Part shown: piece by piece, positions 20,457 to 29,285 of the stretch
Layout of the letters: every line of letters begins with the position of its first letter
Numbering within the stretch: position 1 is the stretch's first letter
Assembly: GCF_004765795.1 (NCBI RefSeq)
Contig: NZ_SBIV01000006.1
Span: 248,001-288,182 of the forward strand
Origin: Halorussus marinus
GTDB lineage: Archaea; Halobacteriota; Halobacteria; Halobacteriales; Haladaptataceae
Length of the DNA stretch: 40,182 bases
Direction of reading: 5' to 3'
Position numbers and translations under genes: made by a program
The notes under the pieces: model-generated
The model's database searches: none
What the model saw: the letters and a program-made list of their open reading frames with translations, nothing else
Told to the model about the DNA's origin: nothing

Positions 20457-22598
20457 GTGATGAACAGTTTGGGAGGTGAGCGCTCCGCGTCTCCGGACGA
20501 GACCGCCGTCGGCACGCTCTCTTTCGAAGTCGACGCGGGCGACTGCGGCGTCACCGTCGTCGACTCGATAGAGCGACACCGCTACTCGGTCGAGACCTCC
20601 CGCCCGGTCGCTCCCACGCCCGTGGACGTCGACGACTTTCTGTTTCCCGCGGATGCGGGTGTCGCGATAACGACCGAGAGCCTCACGCTCCCGACGGTCG
20701 TCCCGGTCTACGTCAGGGATCAGACCGGCGACATGCTCGCGGAGGCCGAACACTTCGCCGACGAGGCCTTCGACGAGGGCGTCTACAGCATCGAACTCAA
20801 CGCCCCGATCAAGCTCTATCTGAACGTGAGCGGTCCGCTCGCGGTTACCTCGGACATGGAACACATGCAGTTCGAGTTCGGCTCGGAGACGGAGGTGTTG
20901 CTCGGCGCGCGCTCGCACCACGAGCATCCGGCCGCGACCGTCACCACGACGGCCGACCCGACCGATATGATGGCGGCGGTCTCGACGTTCGGCTCCGCGC
21001 TCAAGACCACGAGTTGCGAGCGGTCGTATCCGACCCTCCGGGGCCATCCGCCGACGATCGAACTCGGAGACCAACTGGAGATTCCCGACGAGCTGACCGT
21101 CCCCGACACCGGAATCCGGATCGAGATCCCGCCGACGTATCGCGCGGTCTACGTCGCGGCGCCGCTGGCCTACTATCTCGGAGCCACGGTGGTCGAGGGC
21201 GATCGGCCGCGGGTCGTCACCGAGACGGGGTTCGAACACCCCCTCGACACCGAACGGGGCGTGGAAGCCGAGGCCGAACGGCTCCTGAAACAGACGTTCT
21301 TCCTCGACTGTCTGACTCGGACGGAAGGCTACTATCAGGTCGATCTCCACGAGCGGGGCGCGATCGAACCGAGAGTCGATCTCGATTTCGAGCGACTGTA
21401 CGAACAGTCGCCGGCCGAGCAGTTGGAGGCGTATCTCACGGTCCCGTTCTCGGTCGTCGAACCCGAGATCCCCGAGTGGAAGCTGACGTCCCACGTCGAA
21501 CCCGTAGCGACCAGCATCGAAACGCTACCGTTCGTCGTCGAGGATCTGGCCGTCGTTCACACCCCGAAAGAGCGCGAGCCCGCAGACGCGACACAGGAAG
21601 CGGCGGCCGTAGAAGATTTCTTCCGGACGGGCGCGACCGACGAGGCCGCCGAGTTCACCCGGAGCACCGATCGGACGACCCCGACCGACGAGTCCTACGT
21701 CCAACCGGAGTCGGCCGACTCGCTCGAACAAACGTGGGTCGGCGACGGAACGCCCATCGGCGCGAGCAAGGCGACCACCGCGGCGTTCCGCAACCACCTC
21801 AACCGGACGCCGACCGAGGGCGACATCGAGATCACGGTCGTCTGCAACGACCGACAGATGAACGAGGAGCGCGACGCGGTCGACGCCGGCTACGGCTCAC
21901 GCGAAACGCTCCCGTTCGACGTCACCGTCCACCACGATCTGACCACGACCGAACTCCGCGACGTCCTCGCTCGCCAGACCGACTTCCTCCACTACATCGG
22001 CCACATCGACGGCGGCGGCTTCGAGTGTGCCGACGGGAAGTTCGACGCGACGACGCTCGATTCGGTCGGCGTGGACGCGTTCTTGCTGAACGCCTGCCAG
22101 TCGTACGCACAGGGGATGCACCTGCTCGAGGCGGGAAGTATCGCCGGCGTCGTCACCCTGAGCGACGTGATCAACACCGGTGCGGTCCGGGTCGGCCGGA
22201 CGATGGCTCGCCTGCTCAACGCCGGATTTCCGCTTCGGGCGGCGCTCACCATCGCCCGGAACGAGAGCATCGTCGGGGGCAAGTACATCGTGGTCGGCGA
22301 CGGCGGCCTCTCGATCGCACAGGCCGAGAGCGGGACGCCGAACCTCTGTGAGATCGAACGCGACGGCGACGCGTTCACCCTCCGGATGGAGACGTACCCG
22401 ACCGCCCAGACCGCGATGGGGACGCTGATAATCCCTTACATCGAGCAAAACGAGACGCACTTTCTGACGTCGGGGGTCGACGAGGAGTTCTCGATGCGGG
22501 AAGACGAACTGCGTCGATTCCTGAGCCTCGAAGAGGTTCCGATCCGTTTCGACGGGGAACTGCGGTGGAGTACCGACCTCTCGGTCGAGCAGTTGTGA
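20457..22598 (+). CDS. Large protein with C-terminal CHAT/caspase-like (clan CD) protease domain
   Basis: FLHYIGH and FLLNACQS align with CHAT H(F/Y)xGH and LxAC motifs, followed by GVVTLSDV, LLNAGFPLRAAL and YIVVGDG. Start may be ATG 20460. Confidence 0.75.
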   Translation: MMNSLGGERSASPDETAVGTLSFEVDAGDCGVTVVDSIERHRYSVETSRPVAPTPVDVDDFLFPADAGVAITTESLTLPTVVPVYVRDQTGDMLAEAEHFADEAFDEGVYSIELNAPIKLYLNVSGPLAVTSDMEHMQFEFGSETEVLLGARSHHEHPAATVTTTADPTDMMAAVSTFGSALKTTSCERSYPTLRGHPPTIELGDQLEIPDELTVPDTGIRIEIPPTYRAVYVAAPLAYYLGATVVEGDRPRVVTETGFEHPLDTERGVEAEAERLLKQTFFLDCLTRTEGYYQVDLHERGAIEPRVDLDFERLYEQSPAEQLEAYLTVPFSVVEPEIPEWKLTSHVEPVATSIETLPFVVEDLAVVHTPKEREPADATQEAAAVEDFFRTGATDEAAEFTRSTDRTTPTDESYVQPESADSLEQTWVGDGTPIGASKATTAAFRNHLNRTPTEGDIEITVVCNDRQMNEERDAVDAGYGSRETLPFDVTVHHDLTTTELRDVLARQTDFLHYIGHIDGGGFECADGKFDATTLDSVGVDAFLLNACQSYAQGMHLLEAGSIAGVVTLSDVINTGAVRVGRTMARLLNAGFPLRAALTIARNESIVGGKYIVVGDGGLSIAQAESGTPNLCEIERDGDAFTLRMETYPTAQTAMGTLIIPYIEQNETHFLTSGVDEEFSMREDELRRFLSLEEVPIRFDGELRWSTDLSVEQL

Positions 22599-22733
22599 TC
22601 AGGGACCGGCGGTCGAGCCCAGATTCGCGGCCGCCGAGTTGCCCGCTTGTGTCAAAAGTAGACAGATCGTAAAGAGGACGCCGGCCATTCTCGGATTCTG
22701 TGCGATGTAGTCTGCGATGTCTGTTTTGGACAT
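22599..22733 (-). CDS. 44-aa putative secreted peptide precursor (not in ORF track)
   Basis: Manual translation MSKTDIADYIAQNPRMAGVLFTICLLLTQAGNSAAANLGSTAGP; hydrophobic core, SAA/AAA cleavage-like site, AT-rich promoter at 22745-22830. Confidence 0.8.
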   Translation of the reverse strand: MSKTDIADYIAQNPRMAGVLFTICLLLTQAGNSAAANLGSTAGP

Positions 22734-22985
22734 TGCACGACATACTCTTGGATAAAAATATGTGAAATTTTCTAAACAATACTGACAGATAAAATACTGA
22801 CTTTATTATTGTGAATGTTTTATATAAACGAACGAGTTTGAGAGTCATTACATAACACGGTCGGTGGGGTGTAGAACGCTCGTCGGGTGCAATCGCCCGC
22901 TTTTCGAAGCCTATCTTCGCTCTCACCGCGACGAACACGCCGGCACTGCTCGCGGCGTCACACTCACCGTCGAGAGCGCGAACCG

Positions 22986-23387
22986 CTACCCGTCGAAGGT
23001 GTAGACCACTGCGTCTCCGATTCCGTCGCCGAAGGCCACGACGGAGTTCGCGTTCGAACTACAGGAGATCGAATCGCCGACGGTCTCGGTCGCTCCGGGG
23101 CGGTCGCCGTCGTCGTACCGGTCGTTCGACGAGTCCAGATCGTCCCCGGTCTCGTCGGCGTCCGAACACCGAACGCCGTCCGTGTTCGGACCGACCGAGT
23201 CGAGCGTCACCGTCCTGTCTCCCGTCGGGGAGACCCCCGCGGTGGCAGTTTGGTCGACGTCTTGACCGAGTCCGAGCACGAACGTCCCGATGAGCGCGGA
23301 CAGAACCGCGGTGGTGGCGACCAGCAGGACGACGCCGATCACCGGCGAAACGCCGGTCTCGTCTGCGAGTAACTGTTTCGGGTTCAT
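22986..23387 (-). CDS. Second archaeal type IV pilin, paralogue of 17553-17933
   Basis: Start MNPKQLLADETG/VSPVIG at 23387; variant H-domain; globular part aligns with pilin 1 (VTLxSxGPxTxGxxCS, IxCS..NSVVA). Confidence 0.88.
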   Translation of the reverse strand: MNPKQLLADETGVSPVIGVVLLVATTAVLSALIGTFVLGLGQDVDQTATAGVSPTGDRTVTLDSVGPNTDGVRCSDADETGDDLDSSNDRYDDGDRPGATETVGDSISCSSNANSVVAFGDGIGDAVVYTFDG

Positions 23388-23402
23388 CGTTTGGGTCTCT
23401 CG

Positions 23403-23476
23403 GCACTGCATCGGCGCCGACACGCGGTGGCGTTCGCCGACTCGCGGGGTCGATTTCGATCGGCGCCGATACGTGC
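23403..23476 (-). promoter_or_regulatory. Structured 5' leader of pilin 2
   Basis: TTATGTATA at 23499-23507 (minus); leader begins GCACGUAUCGGCGCCGAU and pairs with GUCGGCGCCGAUGCAGUGC (18 bp, one bulge). Confidence 0.62.
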
Positions 23477-23723
23477 TCGGACGCTACTTCCCATCCGCTA
23501 TACATAACCTCTTTGCCATGTAGGTGCCCTCTGGCCGGAGCGGGGGCCTCGAAACCGAGGGAAATCGGCTCTGAGAAGGCGGCTCTACCGACGGTGTTCG
23601 TCTCTGACCGGTGGCCGGCGATGCGAACCATTCAGAGCGCTTACTGGCTCTCTCGGACGTATCAAACACGGGAGCGATGCCGGCGGCGGAACTCCTTTAG
23701 CCTCCGCTCGCCTCCTACTCGGT

Positions 23724-26700
23724 ATGTCTGCCCCCGGGCCATCCGAGGGAATCTACGCCGAGACACTGGCGGTGTTCGGCGAGTCGACACACACACCAGA
23801 ACCCCTCAGTACCACCGAGGTCGCCGACGCCCTCGACGTTCCGCGGCGGACCGCGTACAAACGACTCGATACCCTCGCCGAGCGTGGCGACGTCGCCACC
23901 AAGAAGGTCGGCGCGAGTGCCCGCGTCTGGTGGCGCCCTGACGCGTCTCGGCCGACCGCCCCCTCCGAGACCACTGCTCCGAGGGTCGAGTCGATGATCG
24001 ACGTCCTCGACGGCGCCGGGGTCGGCGTGTTCGTCCTCGACGCGGACTTCGAGGTCGCGCGGATCAACGACGCCACCGAGCGGTACTTCGGACTCGACCG
24101 CGAGGACGTCGTCGGTCGCGACAAACGCGGGCTCGTCGAGGATTCCATCGCGGACCGCGTCGACGACGCGACCGCGTTCGCCGACACCGTTCTCGCGACC
24201 TACGACGACAACACGGACACCGAGTGCTTCGAGTGTCGGGTCACCCCGGGCGCGGACCGCGAGCCCCGGTGGCTCGAACACTGGAGCAAGCCCATCGACG
24301 CCGGCCGGTACGCGGGCGGGCGCATCGAACTCTACTACGACATCACCGACCAGAAACACTCCGAGCAGGCGCTCGCTCAGGAGCGGAGTCTCACCGACCG
24401 CCTGCTGGAGACCGCGCCGATTCGCCTCGCCATCTTCCGGCCCGACGGGTCGGTCGAGCGGATGAACTCCCGGGTCCGTCGGGAACTCGGCCTCGAGGAC
24501 GCGGACCTCTCGGCGTTCGAGCTCGGCGACTTCGACGTGTACGATCCGGACGGCGATTCGTTGCCCGTCGAGCGCCACCCCGTCTCGCGCGTGCTCGAAA
24601 CCGGCGAGCCGGTCCGAGGGGAGGTGATCCAACACGAGACCCCGGACGGCGACCGGCGGTGGGTGTCGCTCAACGCCGCCCCGCTGTTCGACGCCGACGG
24701 CGACCTCGAACGCGTCGTGGTCACCGGCAAGGACATCACGGCGCTAAAACGGACCGAGCGAGCGCTCGCCCGGCAACGCGATCAGCTCCAGCTCGAACTC
24801 GACGACGTGTTCACGCGCATCACCGACGGCATGCTCGCGGTCGACCTCGACTGGACGGTCACCTACGTCAACGACCACGCCAAGCACCTCCTCGGCCGTC
24901 CCGACGCAGACCTCCGCGGGAAGAATCTCTGGGAGGCGTTCCCGGAACAGGTCGGCTCCGACGCGTGGGAGCGGTATCACGAGGCGATCGAGACACAGCG
25001 ACCGATCACGTTCGAGACCCGGTCGGCGGAGGTCGGCGGGTGGGTCCAAGCCCGCGCGTACCCCTCCGAGACCGGGCTCTCGATCTACTTCCGGGACATC
25101 ACCGAGCGCAAGGAGCGAGAGGCCCGACTCGAGGAGGCCCGGAATCGCTACCAGACCCTCGTCGAGCACTTCCCGAACGGGGCGGTCGCGCTCGTCGACG
25201 CCGACGAAGACGGGAGACTCCGGTACGTCACCGTCGGCGGCACCGCGATCGAATCGGCGGGGGTCGACCTCGAGGACCTCGAGGGCCAACCGCTCCGCGA
25301 GCGCCTGCCGCCCGAGATCGTCGACGAAATCGCCCCGCACTACGAGGCCGCGCTCGACGGCGAGCAACGCGTCTTTCAGTCGGCGTTCGGCGACCGCGTC
25401 CATCAGTTCCGGATGGTCCCGGTCCACACCGACGACGGCGAGGTGTTCGCCGCGCTCGGCATGTCCCAGGACATCACCGAGCTGAAAGCCCGCGAACGCG
25501 AACTCGAACGCTACGAGACCATCGTCGAAACGGTCGACGACGGCATCTACGCCCTCGACGACGACCTCGAGTTAACGATGGTGAACTCCGCGCTCGCCGA
25601 ACTGATCGGGGACGACCGCGAGGACCTCCTCGGCACGTCGGCCCGAACCATCACCGACGACGTCTGGGACGGGGTGGCCCAACTGGAGGCCGAGATGAGA
25701 ACCGGGGACCGCTCGTCGGCGAGCGTCGAGTGCACGCTCGAAGCCGCGGACGGCGATCGCATCCCGGTGGAGGCGACGTGGGTGCTTCGGTCGACCGACG
25801 ACGCCGACGAACGCGTCGGTACCGTCCGGGACGTCAGCGACCGGAAAGCCCGCGAGCGAGAGCTTCAGAACCGCGTCCAGCAACAGCGGGCGCTCGCGGA
25901 GTTCTCCCAGCACGCGCTCGAAGATCGGTCGCTCGACGAACTGTTCGACGAGGCGGTCGAACGCGTCGCCGACGTCCTCGATCACGACTACTGCAAGGTG
26001 CTGGAACTGCTCCCCGAGGCCGACGAACTCCGGTTGCGAAACGGCGTCGGGTGGCGCGAGGGCATCGTCGGGGAGGCGACGGTCGCGGACGACCGGTCCT
26101 CACAGGCCGGGTACACCCTCATCGCGGAGGAACCGGTGGTGGTCGAGGACCTCGCGAGCGAAGACCGATTCAGCGGCCCGGCGCTCCTGACCGACCACGA
26201 CGTTCAGGGAGGGATCAGCACCGTGGTCGGGTCCTACGACGAGCCGTGGGGGATTCTGGGAACCCACGACACCGACCGCCAGTCGTACGCCGACCACGAC
26301 GTCCAGTTCGTCCAGAGCATGGCGAACATCCTGACGAGCGCCATTCGGCGCTACGAGCGCGAACAACAGCTCGAACGCTACGAGACCATCATCGAGACGG
26401 CCGACGACGGCGTCTTCGCGCTCGACGCCGACGAGCGGTTCGTCCTGGTCAACGAGGCGTTCTGCGAGCTGACGGGGTACGACCGACAGGAACTGCTTGG
26501 CCGCCACGCGTCGGTGGTCCACAGCGAGCGAGTCAGCAGGGAGGCCGCCGAGCTGAGCGAGCAGGTCGCCGACGGTCTCGGGAGCGTGACGGTGGAGGTG
26601 GAGTTCCCGACCAGAGACGGCGGAACGATCCCGGTCGAGAGTCGGTTCGGCCCGTACCGGTACGACACCGACACGGACGCTCGGGCCGGCATCGTCCGGG

Positions 26701-27356
26701 ACATCTCCGAGCGCAAAGAGCGCGAACAGCGACTCCGGGCCCAAAACGAGCGACTCGAAAGCTTCGCGAGCATGCTCGCCCACGAACTCCGGAACCCGGT
26801 CACCATCGGCCAGATCTACACCCAGCAGTTGTCGACGGACCCAGACCCCACGGCCGTGGAGTACGTCACCGAGGCGTTCGACCGGATCGAGGATATGATC
26901 GACGTGATGCTCGTGTTGACGCGGGGCCGCGACGCCGTCAGCGGCGACGCGACGATCCATCTCGAAGCGGTCGCCCGGGAGGCGTGGGCCGAAGCCCAGA
27001 CCCGGGACGCGACCGTCGACGTGGCGCTCGAAAAGACGATCGAGGCCGACGAGACGTACATCAGTCACCTGTTTCGGAACCTGTTCGAGAACGCCGTCGA
27101 GCACGGTGGGGCCGACGTTACCGTCACGGTCGGCGATCTCCCGGACGGGTTCTACGTCGCCGACGACGGCGAGGGAATCCCGGCCGGGGAGCGCGAGACG
27201 GTGTTCGAGGTGGGGTACACAACCGCCTCCGACACCGGCGGCACCGGGTTGGGGCTGGCGTTCGTCGCCGAGTTGGCCGACGTCTACGAGTGGACGGTGA
27301 CGGTGACCGAGAGCCCGACGGGGGGCGCCAGGTTCGAGTTCCGGGACGACTCGTGA
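23724..27356 (+). CDS. Cytoplasmic sensor histidine kinase: wHTH, about six PAS domains, GAF, HisKA-HATPase
   Basis: N-terminal STTEVADALDVPRRTAYKRL..RVWW HTH; repeated DIT/DVS/DIS PAC ends; GAF; H-box HELRNP, NLFENA, DDGEGI, GTGLGL; no transmembrane segment. Confidence 0.92.
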   Translation: MSAPGPSEGIYAETLAVFGESTHTPEPLSTTEVADALDVPRRTAYKRLDTLAERGDVATKKVGASARVWWRPDASRPTAPSETTAPRVESMIDVLDGAGVGVFVLDADFEVARINDATERYFGLDREDVVGRDKRGLVEDSIADRVDDATAFADTVLATYDDNTDTECFECRVTPGADREPRWLEHWSKPIDAGRYAGGRIELYYDITDQKHSEQALAQERSLTDRLLETAPIRLAIFRPDGSVERMNSRVRRELGLEDADLSAFELGDFDVYDPDGDSLPVERHPVSRVLETGEPVRGEVIQHETPDGDRRWVSLNAAPLFDADGDLERVVVTGKDITALKRTERALARQRDQLQLELDDVFTRITDGMLAVDLDWTVTYVNDHAKHLLGRPDADLRGKNLWEAFPEQVGSDAWERYHEAIETQRPITFETRSAEVGGWVQARAYPSETGLSIYFRDITERKEREARLEEARNRYQTLVEHFPNGAVALVDADEDGRLRYVTVGGTAIESAGVDLEDLEGQPLRERLPPEIVDEIAPHYEAALDGEQRVFQSAFGDRVHQFRMVPVHTDDGEVFAALGMSQDITELKARERELERYETIVETVDDGIYALDDDLELTMVNSALAELIGDDREDLLGTSARTITDDVWDGVAQLEAEMRTGDRSSASVECTLEAADGDRIPVEATWVLRSTDDADERVGTVRDVSDRKARERELQNRVQQQRALAEFSQHALEDRSLDELFDEAVERVADVLDHDYCKVLELLPEADELRLRNGVGWREGIVGEATVADDRSSQAGYTLIAEEPVVVEDLASEDRFSGPALLTDHDVQGGISTVVGSYDEPWGILGTHDTDRQSYADHDVQFVQSMANILTSAIRRYEREQQLERYETIIETADDGVFALDADERFVLVNEAFCELTGYDRQELLGRHASVVHSERVSREAAELSEQVADGLGSVTVEVEFPTRDGGTIPVESRFGPYRYDTDTDARAGIVRDISERKEREQRLRAQNERLESFASMLAHELRNPVTIGQIYTQQLSTDPDPTAVEYVTEAFDRIEDMIDVMLVLTRGRDAVSGDATIHLEAVAREAWAEAQTRDATVDVALEKTIEADETYISHLFRNLFENAVEHGGADVTVTVGDLPDGFYVADDGEGIPAGERETVFEVGYTTASDTGGTGLGLAFVAELADVYEWTVTVTESPTGGARFEFRDDS

Positions 27357-27434
27357 GCGGCCACTCACTCCGGCCGGGTCGACTCACGCCGCGCGCCCCA
27401 CCGCAGGGAGCGTCGGACGCGTGGGTCGTTTCGG

Positions 27435-28646
27435 TCAGAAGTCGCCGTCGATGACGTTCGCGACGCGCTGTCGGTCGAAGAACCGTTCGTCTTCGGGAAT
27501 CTCGGGATACGCCCCTTCGACGTACGTCGGCCACTCGCCGAACACGTCGGGGTAGAGCTGTTTGGCCGTCATCTCGAGCTGGAAGAGATTCACAATTGGG
27601 CCCTGATAGCGCGCGCCCTGCGCGTAGACCCGGCCGTCTTGCACCGCGGTGAGTTGCCCGCCGACCGAGTCGTTCTCGAGCGTCGTGCGGACCTCCTCCA
27701 TATCGGTCTCGGGGTGCATCCCGCCGAACGAGAGGATCACGTCGGGGTCGGCTTCGAGCAACGCCTCCATATCGACCTTCGATCCGGAGGTGACGGCGTC
27801 CCCGAACGCGTCGACGGGTCGGAGGGGCCGGACGTGCGCGGTGAGAAACCCCGGCGTGTCGACGTTGTAGACGTAGGGCGAGGTCGGCTCGCTGAACCCG
27901 CCCATGACGACGCTCGGGCGCTCGGACGGGAGGTCGGACTCGATTCGTTCGAGCACGTCCTCGTGGATCGAGGCGAGCGCCTCGTACCGGTCGGTCGCTC
28001 GGAAGACCCGCGCGACCTTCTCGAACATCTCCCAGAGGGTGTAATACTCGTAGCTGTCTGCGTACTCCTCGGGAGGTTCGAGGTGGCGATTGCTGAAGTG
28101 GTTCCCGAACCACGGCGAGATCTGCTCGCGGATCTCCTCGATATCGTCTGCGTTCCACTCCTCGAGCGCGAGCACGCTCGCGGGGTCCGCGAGGTGGACG
28201 TCGCTGTCGAGGTCGTAGAGCTTCTCCTTCGACGCGTTCCACGAGGAGTACAGCCCCGACCAGTCGAGTTCGACGCCGGGGAGACGCGGGGTGTACTGGT
28301 TCCAGAGCGCGTCGTAGTAGTCGGGCGCGTGCATCGCGTTCACGTCCTCGCCCCGCCCGAGCGCGAACGCCATACCCGCCAGATGTGTGAGTCGGGTGAA
28401 TATCGTCTCGGGCACCGACTCGAAGGCGACTTCGCCCATCGGCGCCATCGTCACCGAGTACGAATCGTCGCCGGCCGTGGTCGTCTCGCCCGCGGTCGCC
28501 TCGGTGGGTTCGGTGGTCGTCTGGGTTGTCGTCGACCCCTCGCCTCCCGTACAGCCGGCGAGCAGGCCACCGCCGACGATCGCTCCGCCGAACTTCACGT
28601 ACTCACGCCGCGTCGGTCTCTCGTACTCGGAGTCGTCGTTCGCCAT
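27435..28646 (-). CDS. Iron-siderophore/cobalamin-type ABC substrate-binding lipoprotein
   Basis: Tat motif PTRREYVK, lipobox LAGC, EALLEADPDVI, LTAVQDGRVY; DtxR-like boxes upstream. Confidence 0.88.
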   Translation of the reverse strand: MANDDSEYERPTRREYVKFGGAIVGGGLLAGCTGGEGSTTTQTTTEPTEATAGETTTAGDDSYSVTMAPMGEVAFESVPETIFTRLTHLAGMAFALGRGEDVNAMHAPDYYDALWNQYTPRLPGVELDWSGLYSSWNASKEKLYDLDSDVHLADPASVLALEEWNADDIEEIREQISPWFGNHFSNRHLEPPEEYADSYEYYTLWEMFEKVARVFRATDRYEALASIHEDVLERIESDLPSERPSVVMGGFSEPTSPYVYNVDTPGFLTAHVRPLRPVDAFGDAVTSGSKVDMEALLEADPDVILSFGGMHPETDMEEVRTTLENDSVGGQLTAVQDGRVYAQGARYQGPIVNLFQLEMTAKQLYPDVFGEWPTYVEGAYPEIPEDERFFDRQRVANVIDGDF

Positions 28647-28650
28647 GGGA

Positions 28651-28702
28651 TTTAGGCTAACCTAAAACGTCATAGTACTTCCGGTTTTTAGGCCGGCCAA
28701 AA
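28651..28702. promoter_or_regulatory. Two DtxR/IdeR-like iron boxes
   Basis: TTTAGGCTAACCTAAA (28651-28666) and TTTAGGCCGGCCAAAA (28687-28702) directly upstream of the binding-protein ATG; resemble the DtxR consensus TTAGGTTAGCCTAA. Confidence 0.8.
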
Positions 28703-28830
28703 TCTATCGGTGCGTCGGTTGCGACTGCGTTCGTGAGAATCGGTGAACGAGCGACTGCCGTCGAGTAGTCGCTCGCTTCGTCCGGACGGAGTGGCGTCGG
28801 TCGATCTGGGACCCGCTCGGGATGCTTCGA

Positions 28831-29052
28831 TCAACAGGGGCCGCCTCGGTCGGGCGACCACTCGCAGGCATCGCCCGTCGTGAGACCGTTCTCGTCTACG
28901 TACGACACGAGACACGCGTAGTTACAGAAGTACGCCGGCGACCCGCAGTCGTCGTCGCAATCACGGACACAGATCGGATCGTGGCCGAAGATTCGCGACC
29001 CACAGTACGCACACTCCTCGTCGTCGTCTGGCGTCCCGACGGTCGCGGACAT
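28831..29052 (-). CDS. Small Cys-rich (zinc-binding) protein, 73 aa
   Basis: CAYC, HDPIC, FCNYACL; acidic composition. Confidence 0.8.
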   Translation of the reverse strand: MSATVGTPDDDEECAYCGSRIFGHDPICVRDCDDDCGSPAYFCNYACLVSYVDENGLTTGDACEWSPDRGGPC

Positions 29053-29204
29053 ACCGATGGTAGACGAGAGACGACCGAAAGCGTTTCGCAGATGGGGTGT
29101 CGAGTACCGGCCGACGATATTCGCCGAGGGAAGGCTCTGGCCGTCGAACCCCGACCGCTACGTACGTTCGACTCTCGACCGTCGCTTCGGCGTAAAATTC
29201 GTGA

Positions 29205-29217
29205 TGGGACCGCTGAG
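29205..29217 (-). repeat. Putative att core: duplicated tRNA 3' end (tRNA-Pro-like)
   Basis: Minus strand CTCAGCGGTCCCA resembles the T-stem/acceptor 3' end of haloarchaeal tRNA-Pro(GGG) as recalled; lies about 70 bp past the integrase stop. The partner copy is not in the window. Confidence 0.55.
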
Positions 29218-29285
29218 TACCGCGGTACGGTCCGTTGCTATACCCATCCCAATTTCGAACGCGGGGGAGTTATCACTCATATCTC

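Noticed and set aside
22375..22938. 187-aa minus-strand track ORF over the AT-rich region
   Set aside because: Wrong frame; crosses promoter DNA and the CHAT-like gene. The 44-aa ORF in another frame is the credible one.
29190..29285. Possible full tRNA gene next to the integrase
   Set aside because: Only 13 nt resemble a tRNA 3' end; no cloverleaf can be built.
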